Source: a virus. From it: 64,000 nucleotides of DNA. How positions within the stretch are numbered: the first letter of the stretch is position 1; every line of letters starts with the position of its first letter. This document shows positions 54,948 to 64,000 of this stretch, piece after piece. Under the pieces are notes generated by a model that saw only the letters and a program-made list of their open reading frames with translations, did not search any database and had not been told where the DNA came from. Position numbers and translations under genes: made by a program. Where the stretch lies: positions 1 to 64,000 of IMG/VR virus record IMGVR_UViG_3300042261_000762; one strand, given 5' to 3'.

Positions 54948-56006
54948 TTACTTAAGAAAGTCTGGATCCTTATTTTCGAAATAATCATATAGTAATGTAT
55001 AGATTTTATCTAATTTCCTATCCATTTTTTTACCAACTTTATTGAAATATCTTGTATATCTATCCAATGTGGCGTCTAATTCAACCTCTGTTATTTTTTT
55101 ATCTATGTCTATTTTGATTGGAATGTTTTTGAAAAAATCTTCTACACTATCAAATTCAGATATTCTTTTACCTAATTGTTTCATTACAGTAAAGAAAATT
55201 AATTTCTGGTCTGTTGTTGTTACGGGCGTTGTTTTGCCATCCTTTGTTCTGGCTTTTACATTAAACATTTTCTTCACATCAACATTTGATAAATCTCTAG
55301 CTAATCTAAATTCATAATTTTTTCTTTTAGTGAAATAATCTCTTAATTCTTGAACGTTCTTAATTTTTCTATATTTTAATTTGCCGTATAATTCTGCCAC
55401 AAAAGATCCTTGTTCTATATTTATCGATAGATAAACAAGACTAAGAAAATCTCTATATGGGAAAACATCAAAACTCTCTTTCAAAATATTATTTCTTAAA
55501 TATTTTGGATTGAATTTCATTTTAGTCTTACCCATTTTAACAAATTGTATAGCGTGATTTACTTCGTGATAAATATAATGTTTCCATATTTTATCTCTAA
55601 GTTTTCTATGAGTAAATGAAAAATGGAAAATATATCCGTCTTTTGTTAATTTGGAATGTAGCGGATCAAAAGAACCTTCAGATTTAGGATCAAATTTTTC
55701 TGTTTTACCACTGGAGTTTATTACATTTACAGAACTCCTATAATTTATTATTATTTTATATAAATTAATATCCAATTCGGGAAGTTCATCTATATTTATT
55801 ACATCTCTTTGTCTATGTCTCCCCAAGAGTCTTTGTAATAAAGGTAAATTTTTCTTATTTTCTTTATTTTCCTTTTGAAAAACGTAAGTCTTGTCCGGTT
55901 CAGCCTTGTTTAATTTATTAATAATAAAGTCAGATAAAACTTCAACATCTTTATTAACTCCAAGCCTTTCATTCACGAAACTATAATATTTATGAATAGA
56001 CATCAT
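54948..56006 (-). CDS. HExxH-motif protein (CTS-like start)
   Basis: IYHEVNHAIQ. Confidence 0.7.
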   Translation of the reverse strand: MMSIHKYYSFVNERLGVNKDVEVLSDFIINKLNKAEPDKTYVFQKENKENKKNLPLLQRLLGRHRQRDVINIDELPELDINLYKIIINYRSSVNVINSSGKTEKFDPKSEGSFDPLHSKLTKDGYIFHFSFTHRKLRDKIWKHYIYHEVNHAIQFVKMGKTKMKFNPKYLRNNILKESFDVFPYRDFLSLVYLSINIEQGSFVAELYGKLKYRKIKNVQELRDYFTKRKNYEFRLARDLSNVDVKKMFNVKARTKDGKTTPVTTTDQKLIFFTVMKQLGKRISEFDSVEDFFKNIPIKIDIDKKITEVELDATLDRYTRYFNKVGKKMDRKLDKIYTLLYDYFENKDPDFLK

Positions 56007-56025
56007 ATGTCTATATATAAAAATA

Positions 56026-57036
56026 TTATTTTAGAAAATCGTAATCTATAATGATATTAATTTTTATTAGAAGATCGCCTCTCTGATGGGGATTCATCAA
56101 TAACCCTTTTCCAGCTATACGTAAAAGTTCCCCGTCTTTTGTTTTTGGTGGAATTTTCAGAGCATATTTTTTACCATCGAGATGCTCATATTCAAAATCA
56201 TATCCATCAACTGCATATTGATAATGTAAATCTAAATGATAAATAAGAGTAGCTCCTTCTCTCGTGTAATGTGGATCATGATTATATTCCGCGTCAATAA
56301 TTAAAGTGCCAACTTTATTGGCATAATGTTTCGATTGATGTCCCATTCCTTTAATATATTTGACAAAACTTTTATCTACTGTAAAAACATTACCAAAAGC
56401 AAATTCCTCTTCTTTTGGAATTACTTTACTGCCATTACATTTTGTACAAGTTCCCGTATGAATTTTTCCAGTTCCATTACAATATTTACATTTGGTGAAT
56501 CCGTCGCCGCCCTTACCATCACAAGCATCGCATTCAAACTCATCTCCTTTTGGATCAAACCCCGTGAAATTGCAGTTATTACATTTTACATTGTGTGTAA
56601 ATTTAACTGGTATATTGCTATTATTATAAACATCTTTTAGTGTAACTTTAGTTGGAAAATGAATATCTAAATCTTCTGGAAATTCTTCTTTTCTATTAAA
56701 AATATCTCTAAAGAAAGGATCATTAAATGGACTTCCAAAATTACCAAAAGCTTCAAAAGGATTAAATCCACCACTACCACCAAATGTGAATCTAAATCCA
56801 CCAAAATTATTCGGGTTGTAATTTTTCCCATGCGGACTTTGAATATCATATCTACTACGCATTCCTTCGTCGCCTAACGTTTCATAAGCTTCTGAAAGAT
56901 CTTTAAATTTATTTTCATCACCTCCTTTATCTGGATGATGTTCTTTTGCTAATTTTCTATAAGATGAAATAATTTCCTTACTAGTTGCATCTTTATTTAA
57001 TCCTAATATTGAGTAATAATTTTTTTCACAATTCAT
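56026..57036 (-). CDS. dnaJ: DnaJ chaperone
   Basis: J domain with HPD, G/F-rich region, CxxCxGxG repeats, C-terminal domain. Confidence 0.95.
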   Translation of the reverse strand: MNCEKNYYSILGLNKDATSKEIISSYRKLAKEHHPDKGGDENKFKDLSEAYETLGDEGMRSRYDIQSPHGKNYNPNNFGGFRFTFGGSGGFNPFEAFGNFGSPFNDPFFRDIFNRKEEFPEDLDIHFPTKVTLKDVYNNSNIPVKFTHNVKCNNCNFTGFDPKGDEFECDACDGKGGDGFTKCKYCNGTGKIHTGTCTKCNGSKVIPKEEEFAFGNVFTVDKSFVKYIKGMGHQSKHYANKVGTLIIDAEYNHDPHYTREGATLIYHLDLHYQYAVDGYDFEYEHLDGKKYALKIPPKTKDGELLRIAGKGLLMNPHQRGDLLIKINIIIDYDFLK

Positions 57037-57943
57037 ATTTATACCATTTTCTTTTTAATATAGGAATATCTATATTTCTGATAATAGAAATCAATTTGTC
57101 AGCTTTACTACCGGTTATTTGTATAATAAAGGAATTGTGGGTTGGATATATCTTATTTTTTTTTATTTCTATAATTTCCCCTAAAGTTTCTTTTACCCAT
57201 TTTATAATATGGAAGCTACCTATTAATTGAATTCTCATATTGTTTTTATTTTTGTATATGCAACCATCACCGTCTATTAGACCAGCCATATAAGATAATT
57301 TATTTTCAAAATTATCTATATTTGGCGGTTTTAATGTCAAAGATTTTGCTGGGGTTATTTGAAAATTATTAAATAGATCGTTGATAATATCTCTAGAGTA
57401 CAATTCTATTATGGAATATTCTAAAATATTACCAGTAGCAGTCTTGTTAGTTTTATTTCTAATAGGGGCATCAGTCATTAAAGTTTTTTTAAAGAGTTCT
57501 AGATGATCTACATCTTTTTTTGATAATTTTATTCCTACCCCGTATGTTCCCTTTCTGATATATCCATCGGCGGCAATAAACCCAGCCCAATATGAGTTTA
57601 AATTGTTAATGTTATTAAAGAAATCATGAAGAACTCTATATTTATAATTTATATAGATCCTATTACTTTTTAATTTTAATAATGTTGCTCTGTTTAATAT
57701 AGAACTATAAGTTCTATTTCTTAATAAACTTTTATAATCTTCAAATGGCATTTTCCCATATTTATCAGATAAAATCTCATCTTCATCTTTACTCCATGTT
57801 TTTTTAAGATTTAAGGAATTCATTTTTGAACTAATTGATATTTCAGATCTGCCAAGTTCCACAGATAAATTCTTTATAGTTTTATAAATATAATTTTCTT
57901 TTAAAAATATTTCTTCGTCTAATGTCCATTTTCTTTTGTTCAT
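57026..57943 (-). CDS. LAGLIDADG homing endonuclease with N-terminal Myb-like repeats
   Basis: WAGFIAADG and MAGLIDGDG. Confidence 0.9.
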   Translation of the reverse strand: MNKRKWTLDEEIFLKENYIYKTIKNLSVELGRSEISISSKMNSLNLKKTWSKDEDEILSDKYGKMPFEDYKSLLRNRTYSSILNRATLLKLKSNRIYINYKYRVLHDFFNNINNLNSYWAGFIAADGYIRKGTYGVGIKLSKKDVDHLELFKKTLMTDAPIRNKTNKTATGNILEYSIIELYSRDIINDLFNNFQITPAKSLTLKPPNIDNFENKLSYMAGLIDGDGCIYKNKNNMRIQLIGSFHIIKWVKETLGEIIEIKKNKIYPTHNSFIIQITGSKADKLISIIRNIDIPILKRKWYKYEL

Positions 57944-58007
57944 GCCTCATTAAATTCTTTAAAAGTATATATTATTTTTATAAAATGGTTTTTTATATAT
58001 AGAATGC

Positions 58008-59009
58008 GTGATAACTAAGTTTAAATTATTTGAAGCCAATAAGTACACAGACTATGATCCTGATGGTAACTTTAACGTCGGTGATAGAGTCATTGTTAAT
58101 GGTCATTATGTTAATATAACTTTCAAGGGGGAATCAGGAACAATAATTAATTTTTATGAAGCCGGAGATAATAGTAAAAAAAGGGAGATTTTAATTAGAT
58201 TTGACAGTAGATTTAATACAGATTTAATGTCGGGTGATAACAATGAAGATCCAAGTGGGACTTCATATTATGTCACTAGTGATTTGGTAGAATTGGAAGA
58301 TAAAACTCCTGGGAAAATTAAATGGTATAGTAAGGGTCTTTGGGAGAAATATAATGAAATAGATCCATATAATGAAGAAGACTGGGATGACAAGAATCAA
58401 ATATTTGTAATGTATAAAGGTTTTATGGCGGGCGAAGGACAAAGCTATCATTTACATGTAGTTGTTAATAAACATTATGGTGGAAACACAAACGGTCAAT
58501 ATCTTTGGGATGTAGATAAAAGAGGAATGCCTGATGTTGTTAAATGCGTTTCAGTATATGATCCACGTAGACATAAATTTGCTAGTAGTGAAGAAATAGA
58601 GAAATATTTAGATTTAGAAAAATTAGAGTCGGTATTTAATTATAGAAATGGTGAAGTTAGAGAAAGTGTTAAATGGTATAAAAATGGAAATTTTGAAAAT
58701 GAGCCAGAATGTAAACATGGTAAACATGAATATGTATTAACTCAGAAAGCAACATTTGATAAAAACACATTAAAACCATATTATAAAAATGAAATAAAAT
58801 GTAAAAGATGTGGTAGTGTTAAAAAATATTGTAAGCACGCTTGGTCATATTATGATCTAGTTACACAAGATAGGAATGGAAATAATAAAGTAAAACATTT
58901 GTTAAGATGTACCAAATGTGGAGAGTATGAAACAGATTTATCAAAAATGCCAAAAGAAAAGGGTGATAGTTTTTCGACAAAAATTAAAAAAATAATCAAA
59001 AAGAAATAA
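58008..59009 (+). CDS. modular protein (SH3-like, DPYNEEDW, zinc ribbons)
   Basis: MITKFKLFE start; CKH...CxxCG repeats. Confidence 0.75.
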   Translation: MITKFKLFEANKYTDYDPDGNFNVGDRVIVNGHYVNITFKGESGTIINFYEAGDNSKKREILIRFDSRFNTDLMSGDNNEDPSGTSYYVTSDLVELEDKTPGKIKWYSKGLWEKYNEIDPYNEEDWDDKNQIFVMYKGFMAGEGQSYHLHVVVNKHYGGNTNGQYLWDVDKRGMPDVVKCVSVYDPRRHKFASSEEIEKYLDLEKLESVFNYRNGEVRESVKWYKNGNFENEPECKHGKHEYVLTQKATFDKNTLKPYYKNEIKCKRCGSVKKYCKHAWSYYDLVTQDRNGNNKVKHLLRCTKCGEYETDLSKMPKEKGDSFSTKIKKIIKKK

Positions 59010-59426
59010 TTGATAACGAAATTCAAAATATTTGAAAATAACACATTTAGTTTTAAGTTGGATGATATTCTATCACGAAATAGAATGCAAACAAATAGTG
59101 AAGCTGATCCTTACGGTGAAGAAGATTGGAATAATATTAATGAGGATTCTATAAAAAAAGAATTGATGGGAATAGTTTTAAATAGACACGTCGAGTTTAG
59201 AACTTTATCATCAGAAGGACCTTTATATAATAAAAAAGTTATCAAGGGTGTTGTTAAAGATGTTATTGTCAAATGGATACCCCATCATCTTGAATATTGG
59301 ATACTTTTTTTAATTAATGGTAAAAATCATTATGTTTATCCTAATTTAGATATAAAAGTTAAAGAAAATTTAATGGAACACATAGATATAGATCCTTATG
59401 GAGAAGAAAAATGGGATGAAGAATGA
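59010..59426 (+). CDS. small protein with two DPYGEExW motifs
   Basis: MITKFKIFE start. Confidence 0.75.
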   Translation: MITKFKIFENNTFSFKLDDILSRNRMQTNSEADPYGEEDWNNINEDSIKKELMGIVLNRHVEFRTLSSEGPLYNKKVIKGVVKDVIVKWIPHHLEYWILFLINGKNHYVYPNLDIKVKENLMEHIDIDPYGEEKWDEE

Positions 59427-62400
59427 TAAAGAAATTTAAAATATTTAAGATAAATGAAGGAATGTCATTAAATGACATAATATCCAAAGCTGAGAACAAA
59501 GGATACGGTGGAGATATTAGATATATCAAAAAAGATCTAGAGAATAATTTTCTTAATAAAAGAGTCAGAATATATAAAAAAGGCAAACCTTATGTAGAAA
59601 TAGATGTGGGAGCAATAGTTCGCGAAGGATTCACTTTTTATTTTGAGGCGTTGGAAGTTTTAGATATGGGAAATCGCGGCATGTATTGGAATTCTTATTC
59701 AGAAGCTGAGAAAAATACAATGATTGGTTTAGTAAAAGGACAAGATACTATTTTTATAAGAATAGACAGCGACGATGATATAGATATTATTGGTGAAGCG
59801 GATATTAAAAAGATAACAAGAAAGAAAGAACAGAGAAAATTAAGAGAATTAAAAAAAGACGTAGATCCTTATGGTGAAGAAGATTGGGGAGAAGACACTA
59901 ATAAAGTAATATCTAAATATGATATAAATAGCCCAGATGGACAAGAAAATTTATACAAAAAAGGCGAGGAATATGAAATCGAAACAAACGCAATACACGG
60001 TGATCTTATTGGAGTAAAAACAGAATTGTCATTTGGACAAAAATATGTTCATTATTTTAGAAGAGAAGACTTCAATGATTATTTTGATAGAATAACAGAA
60101 TCAATTGAAAATTTAGATCCTTATGGCGAAGAAAATTGGAATGATGATGAATCTCAGCTTTTTTTGGATTCAATTACTCGATACTTAGATATAAATGCAA
60201 AAATACATAATATTAAAGATAAATGGTATATTTATTTTGAAAAAGATGATGAATTTTATAAAATATGCAACAATGACGCTGGAAAAATACTTTTATATAA
60301 TCGCACAAATCATCATTCAATTGAATTAGTTGATAATGATATAGGTACAAAATTCGATTGGCTAAATATTAGATTAGCTATGCAAAAATTAGAACATAAA
60401 AAATCCTATGCAAAATTTCAAAATGAAAAAAGAGATTATAAAGACGTTGATCCTTATGGTGAAGAAATTTGGGCTGAAGAAGATGAATATAATTGGATTT
60501 ATATTAATGATCCATATGCTGAAGATGCTAATCCAACATTGAATTTATTAGAGCAACAAATAGGTAAATTTATTGTATTTAAGATTGATTGGACAAATGA
60601 ATATAAAGAAGGAGTTTTACAATCTGTTATGATTAATGTGCTTGGAGAAATAGAATTGGAGGTTGATAATCATTTTTATCTATTAGACGAAAGAGAAAGA
60701 ATAGGAGTAGCAAAGGAAAATATAATAACGGAACAGTATGATGAACAAGATCCATATGGTGAGGAAATTTGGAATGAAGATCCAAAATTTCAAATAGGAG
60801 ATAGAGTAGAATTTGCAAAAGATCCACCCAATAGATCATATTATTATCTGATTGAAGAATTTTTCCCGGATGATCGATCGTATAGATTGAGCATACACGA
60901 TAAAAATACCAATGAAAGATTTCCTGGTCATGTTTTGATAGATGAATTTAATTTAAAATTAGAAAATATAAAGGAAGAATTCAAGTGGAGAAATAAAAAC
61001 TATATTTATTATACTCAAACATTTATGGATAATAATAAAGTCAATAGAATAATGGAAAAAATTAGTCCTGAATGGATTACTAATAATCCTGTGGCTTTTG
61101 AAACATACAATAATAAATTATACTTAACTGAGGGACATCATAGATTTGAGGCTTGTTTAAGAAAGAATGATAAAAATTTATTAGAAACTTTATTTAAAAC
61201 TGCTTTATATTATCCAGTGAAAAGAGAACCTAGAAAATTTAAGAAAAAATATATTCCTGAAGATATTAAAATGATAAAAGAAAATAAAGAAATAACAGAC
61301 GAAAAGATAAAAGCAACCATTGATTTTATTTCTAAAACAATAAAAGGCACTGAATGGGAAGGTAAAGTTTATATGGCTGGCGGCGGCGTTAGAGACGAAC
61401 TCATGGGCAGAACTTCAAAAGATATAGATTTACTTATTAATGTACCAGACGGCGGAATAAACTTTGCTATATGGTTTACAAAGAAATTGAAAATATACAG
61501 AGAAGATAAAAATCCTGTTATCTATCCAAGATTTGGAACCGCTAAATTTACTCTAAGAAAACAAAAACATAACGGATTAGATTTATCAGGAATTGATATT
61601 GAATGTGTTATGCCAAGAAAAGAAACTTATACTGAAGGAAGTAGAGATCCAGAGGTAAGTCAAGGCACACTTAAAGATGATGTCGATAGGAGAGATTTTA
61701 CAGTTAATAGTTTGTTGAAAGATTTATCTACTGGGGAAATTCTAGACTTAACAGGAATGGGTAAAGAAGATATTAAAAGGGGAATAGTGAGAACTTCACT
61801 TAATCCTGATGTTATTTTTACTGAAGATCCTTTAAGAATGTTAAGAGCTATAAGATTCACAGTTAAATGTGATTGGGATTTACCTTTATTTATGATTAGA
61901 GCCTTAAAGAAGAACGCAAAACAACTTCAAATAATATCTTCAGAGAGAGTTCAAGATGAATTGAACAAAATGTTATTAACAGGTCATCCTGATAAGGCTA
62001 TAAGATTACTTCAGATAACGGGGTTGAGTAAATATATTTTCCCTGAACTTGATAAACTTATAAAAATGAAACAAAACAAGCATCATAAATATGATGCTAT
62101 GCGTCATTCTTTAGAAGTATTAAAGAATACTCCTCCAGATCTTGTAACAAGATTGTCTGCTTTATTACACGATATAGGTAAAAGTAAAACAAGAGAAATA
62201 ATTGATAATGAAGTTCATTTTTATGAGCATGAAAGGATTGGCGCATTTATGGTAAGGGATATATTAAAAAGGTTGAGATATCCAAAAGAAATAATAAATG
62301 CTGTTGTTATTGCAGTTGAAAATCACATGAAAACAAAACAGTCTGGAGATAAGGGAGATTTAAGTGATAGATCTTTAAGAAAATTGAAACAAGATTTGGG

Positions 62401-62737
62401 TCCACATCTTCAACAAACATTAGATTTAATTCACGCTGATAATATATCACATTCAGAAGAATCTAACATGCCAAATCAAGTAACTAATATCTTAAAAAGA
62501 TTTGCTGATTTGGAAGAAAGAGATAAACAAAAACAAAAACCAAATCCTTTAACTGGCAGCGAAGTAATGAAAATACTTGATATTAAAGAAGGACCAAAGG
62601 GTCCAGAAGATTCTAAAATGCGTCCTATTGTAGGAAAAATATTAAGATTATTGGGCGATATGTATTTAGATGACCCACATATGAGTAAAGAAGAATTAAC
62701 TGAAATAGTCAAAAAATCATACGAAGAATATAAATGA
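59423..62737 (+). CDS. cca: CCA-adding enzyme (class II nucleotidyltransferase plus HD) with an N-terminal string of DPYGEE modules (about 620 aa)
   Basis: GGGVRD..G..SKDIDL, FGTA, DVDRRDFTVN, EDPLRMLRAIRF, ERVQDEL.K, LLHDIGK; ParB-like EGHHRF..C upstream. Confidence 0.92.
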   Translation: MIKKFKIFKINEGMSLNDIISKAENKGYGGDIRYIKKDLENNFLNKRVRIYKKGKPYVEIDVGAIVREGFTFYFEALEVLDMGNRGMYWNSYSEAEKNTMIGLVKGQDTIFIRIDSDDDIDIIGEADIKKITRKKEQRKLRELKKDVDPYGEEDWGEDTNKVISKYDINSPDGQENLYKKGEEYEIETNAIHGDLIGVKTELSFGQKYVHYFRREDFNDYFDRITESIENLDPYGEENWNDDESQLFLDSITRYLDINAKIHNIKDKWYIYFEKDDEFYKICNNDAGKILLYNRTNHHSIELVDNDIGTKFDWLNIRLAMQKLEHKKSYAKFQNEKRDYKDVDPYGEEIWAEEDEYNWIYINDPYAEDANPTLNLLEQQIGKFIVFKIDWTNEYKEGVLQSVMINVLGEIELEVDNHFYLLDERERIGVAKENIITEQYDEQDPYGEEIWNEDPKFQIGDRVEFAKDPPNRSYYYLIEEFFPDDRSYRLSIHDKNTNERFPGHVLIDEFNLKLENIKEEFKWRNKNYIYYTQTFMDNNKVNRIMEKISPEWITNNPVAFETYNNKLYLTEGHHRFEACLRKNDKNLLETLFKTALYYPVKREPRKFKKKYIPEDIKMIKENKEITDEKIKATIDFISKTIKGTEWEGKVYMAGGGVRDELMGRTSKDIDLLINVPDGGINFAIWFTKKLKIYREDKNPVIYPRFGTAKFTLRKQKHNGLDLSGIDIECVMPRKETYTEGSRDPEVSQGTLKDDVDRRDFTVNSLLKDLSTGEILDLTGMGKEDIKRGIVRTSLNPDVIFTEDPLRMLRAIRFTVKCDWDLPLFMIRALKKNAKQLQIISSERVQDELNKMLLTGHPDKAIRLLQITGLSKYIFPELDKLIKMKQNKHHKYDAMRHSLEVLKNTPPDLVTRLSALLHDIGKSKTREIIDNEVHFYEHERIGAFMVRDILKRLRYPKEIINAVVIAVENHMKTKQSGDKGDLSDRSLRKLKQDLGPHLQQTLDLIHADNISHSEESNMPNQVTNILKRFADLEERDKQKQKPNPLTGSEVMKILDIKEGPKGPEDSKMRPIVGKILRLLGDMYLDDPHMSKEELTEIVKKSYEEYK

Positions 62738-63636
62738 AAGAATCTCTAATTACATATAAAGATTATAAAAGAAAAAGAAATTTCGCTATATGTGTTCATG
62801 ATGTGGTCGAATACGATTATTTAATGGATTTTTTAGAAGACAATAATTTTATATGGGGTGGATCAAGAACTCCCGTTAGGGATTTAAATCTCGCTAGATA
62901 TATTGGAGTTGAAGGAATATATATTTATATATCTTCATATAAAACTATTTCTTGGTCTGGATCATATCCCAAATCTGAAAAAGTTGTACAATTTAATGAT
63001 TTTTTTGTTAGAAGCAATATGAAAAAAATAGAAAGACCTGATCAAGATCCTTATAATGAAGAAGATTGGGGATATGAAACAAATGAACAATCTGACGCGG
63101 AACAATATGCAAAATTTCAAGATTATTATGGTAGATTAAAGGCTAAAAAAGAAGATGACGATTTATTTCCAATATTTAAAGTTGGAGATGAAGTAACTCC
63201 TGAAGATCCATATGGTGAAGAAGATTGGTCTGATAATTTTTATGAAAAAATGACAATTAAATTTTCAAGATTTTCTAAAATACAAGAAAATTCAAAGGAT
63301 GAAGAAATAATTTATATGAAAAATTTGTATGAAGAATATGATTATGTGTCTGATATTATAGAATATCTTAAACCGAAAATAATTGGTCATGAAATTAAAA
63401 TTCAAAAAAGAGATGAGAAAGGAGGGTGGAAAGATTTTATATTTGGATTAAATATTAATTATTATATTGAAAATATTTCAGGACATTATAATGATGATTT
63501 GAAAATAACATTATTAGTTAAACCAAAAGAAATTGGATGGGTTATGATTGATGAAAATTGTATATTAATAATAAAACCAATAGTTCGGGTTTTTTCTAAA
63601 AGCGATCCTTATGGTGAAGAAGTTTGGGAAATGTAA
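62734..63636 (+). CDS. modular protein with three DPYxEExW motifs
   Basis: ORF track. Confidence 0.75.
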   Translation: MKESLITYKDYKRKRNFAICVHDVVEYDYLMDFLEDNNFIWGGSRTPVRDLNLARYIGVEGIYIYISSYKTISWSGSYPKSEKVVQFNDFFVRSNMKKIERPDQDPYNEEDWGYETNEQSDAEQYAKFQDYYGRLKAKKEDDDLFPIFKVGDEVTPEDPYGEEDWSDNFYEKMTIKFSRFSKIQENSKDEEIIYMKNLYEEYDYVSDIIEYLKPKIIGHEIKIQKRDEKGGWKDFIFGLNINYYIENISGHYNDDLKITLLVKPKEIGWVMIDENCILIIKPIVRVFSKSDPYGEEVWEM

Positions 63637-63771
63637 AAAAGAATAGAAATAATGAGAGATTGGTTTTTTCTTTTATATTTTGGAATAATAGGATTTATAG
63701 CAATAATATTCATGTTCCTATCTTATATGGGAATTTTATTATATTATCCAATATATTTATTAATAAAAAAA

Positions 63772-64000
63772 TTATAATATAGGATATACTATTTCTGGAA
63801 ATACTTGAAGTATTTCTTCCTTCTTGTTTTCATAAGGAATCTGATTTAGTATATATCTCATAGCATTCAATTTAGCAAACCTCTTATCGTTGGAATCTAC
63901 AATAATCCAAGGCGATTTCTCTGTCGAAGTCTTTCTAAACATTTCTTCTTTATAAGCAGAGAAAGCATCCCATTTTTCCATAGCCTTAGCATCATTTGGA
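63772..64000 (-). CDS. ppk2: polyphosphate kinase 2, C-terminal part (gene starts beyond the window)
   Basis: KW..Y...KEEMF..T....PW..V.SNDK..A.LN.MR.IL..IPY. Confidence 0.85.
   Translation of the reverse strand, partial: PNDAKAMEKWDAFSAYKEEMFRKTSTEKSPWIIVDSNDKRFAKLNAMRYILNQIPYENKKEEILQVFPEIVYPIL

Noticed and set aside
57026-57943. Group I intron or intein around the LAGLIDADG gene
   Set aside because: It is a free-standing ORF overlapping the dnaJ start; no interrupted host gene or intron core is visible.
44090-63630. GATCCTTATGGTGAAGAA repeats as a CRISPR array or DNA repeat element
   Set aside because: Spacing is irregular, copies are in the same reading frame within ORFs, third positions vary synonymously, and no cas genes are present.
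1-64000. Stop-codon reassignment as in some huge phages
   Set aside because: Conserved genes are full length in the standard code and end at TAG (trpS, HNH), TGA (fusA, smpB) and TAA; no CTA or TCA suppressor tRNA was seen.

Overview
AT-rich segment of a very large tailed phage. Evidence for this: a T4 gp15-like tail gene, free-standing HNH/LAGLIDADG nucleases and many small orphan ORFs. The host is probably Bacteroidota (repeated TAnnTTTG -7 promoter elements), and the standard genetic code is used. The window is dominated by a translation-support toolkit: about 45 tRNA or tRNA-like genes in four arrays, miniaturised TrpRS, HisRS and LeuRS, EF-G, bL12, SmpB, a cold-shock protein, an RNA ligase, a CCA-adding enzyme, a minimal RNase P RNA, a GOLLD-like RNA and several unexplained structured RNAs. 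The main finding is that each tRNA array is preceded by a shared promoter block, a 22-31 codon leader ORF and mutually exclusive antiterminator/terminator hairpins. The control codons of each leader spell the amino acids of the tRNAs and synthetases downstream: S/K/H/F/W; L; Y/N/I(ATT)/D/C; M/Q/E/I(ATA). This looks like a panel of ribosome-stalling attenuators that switches on phage tRNA sets when the matching charged tRNAs run short. A second pervasive signal is a set of short peptide tags: T4 capsid-targeting-like N-termini, DPYGEExW and C-terminal RxxLIDKML. All calls were made by eye without database searches.
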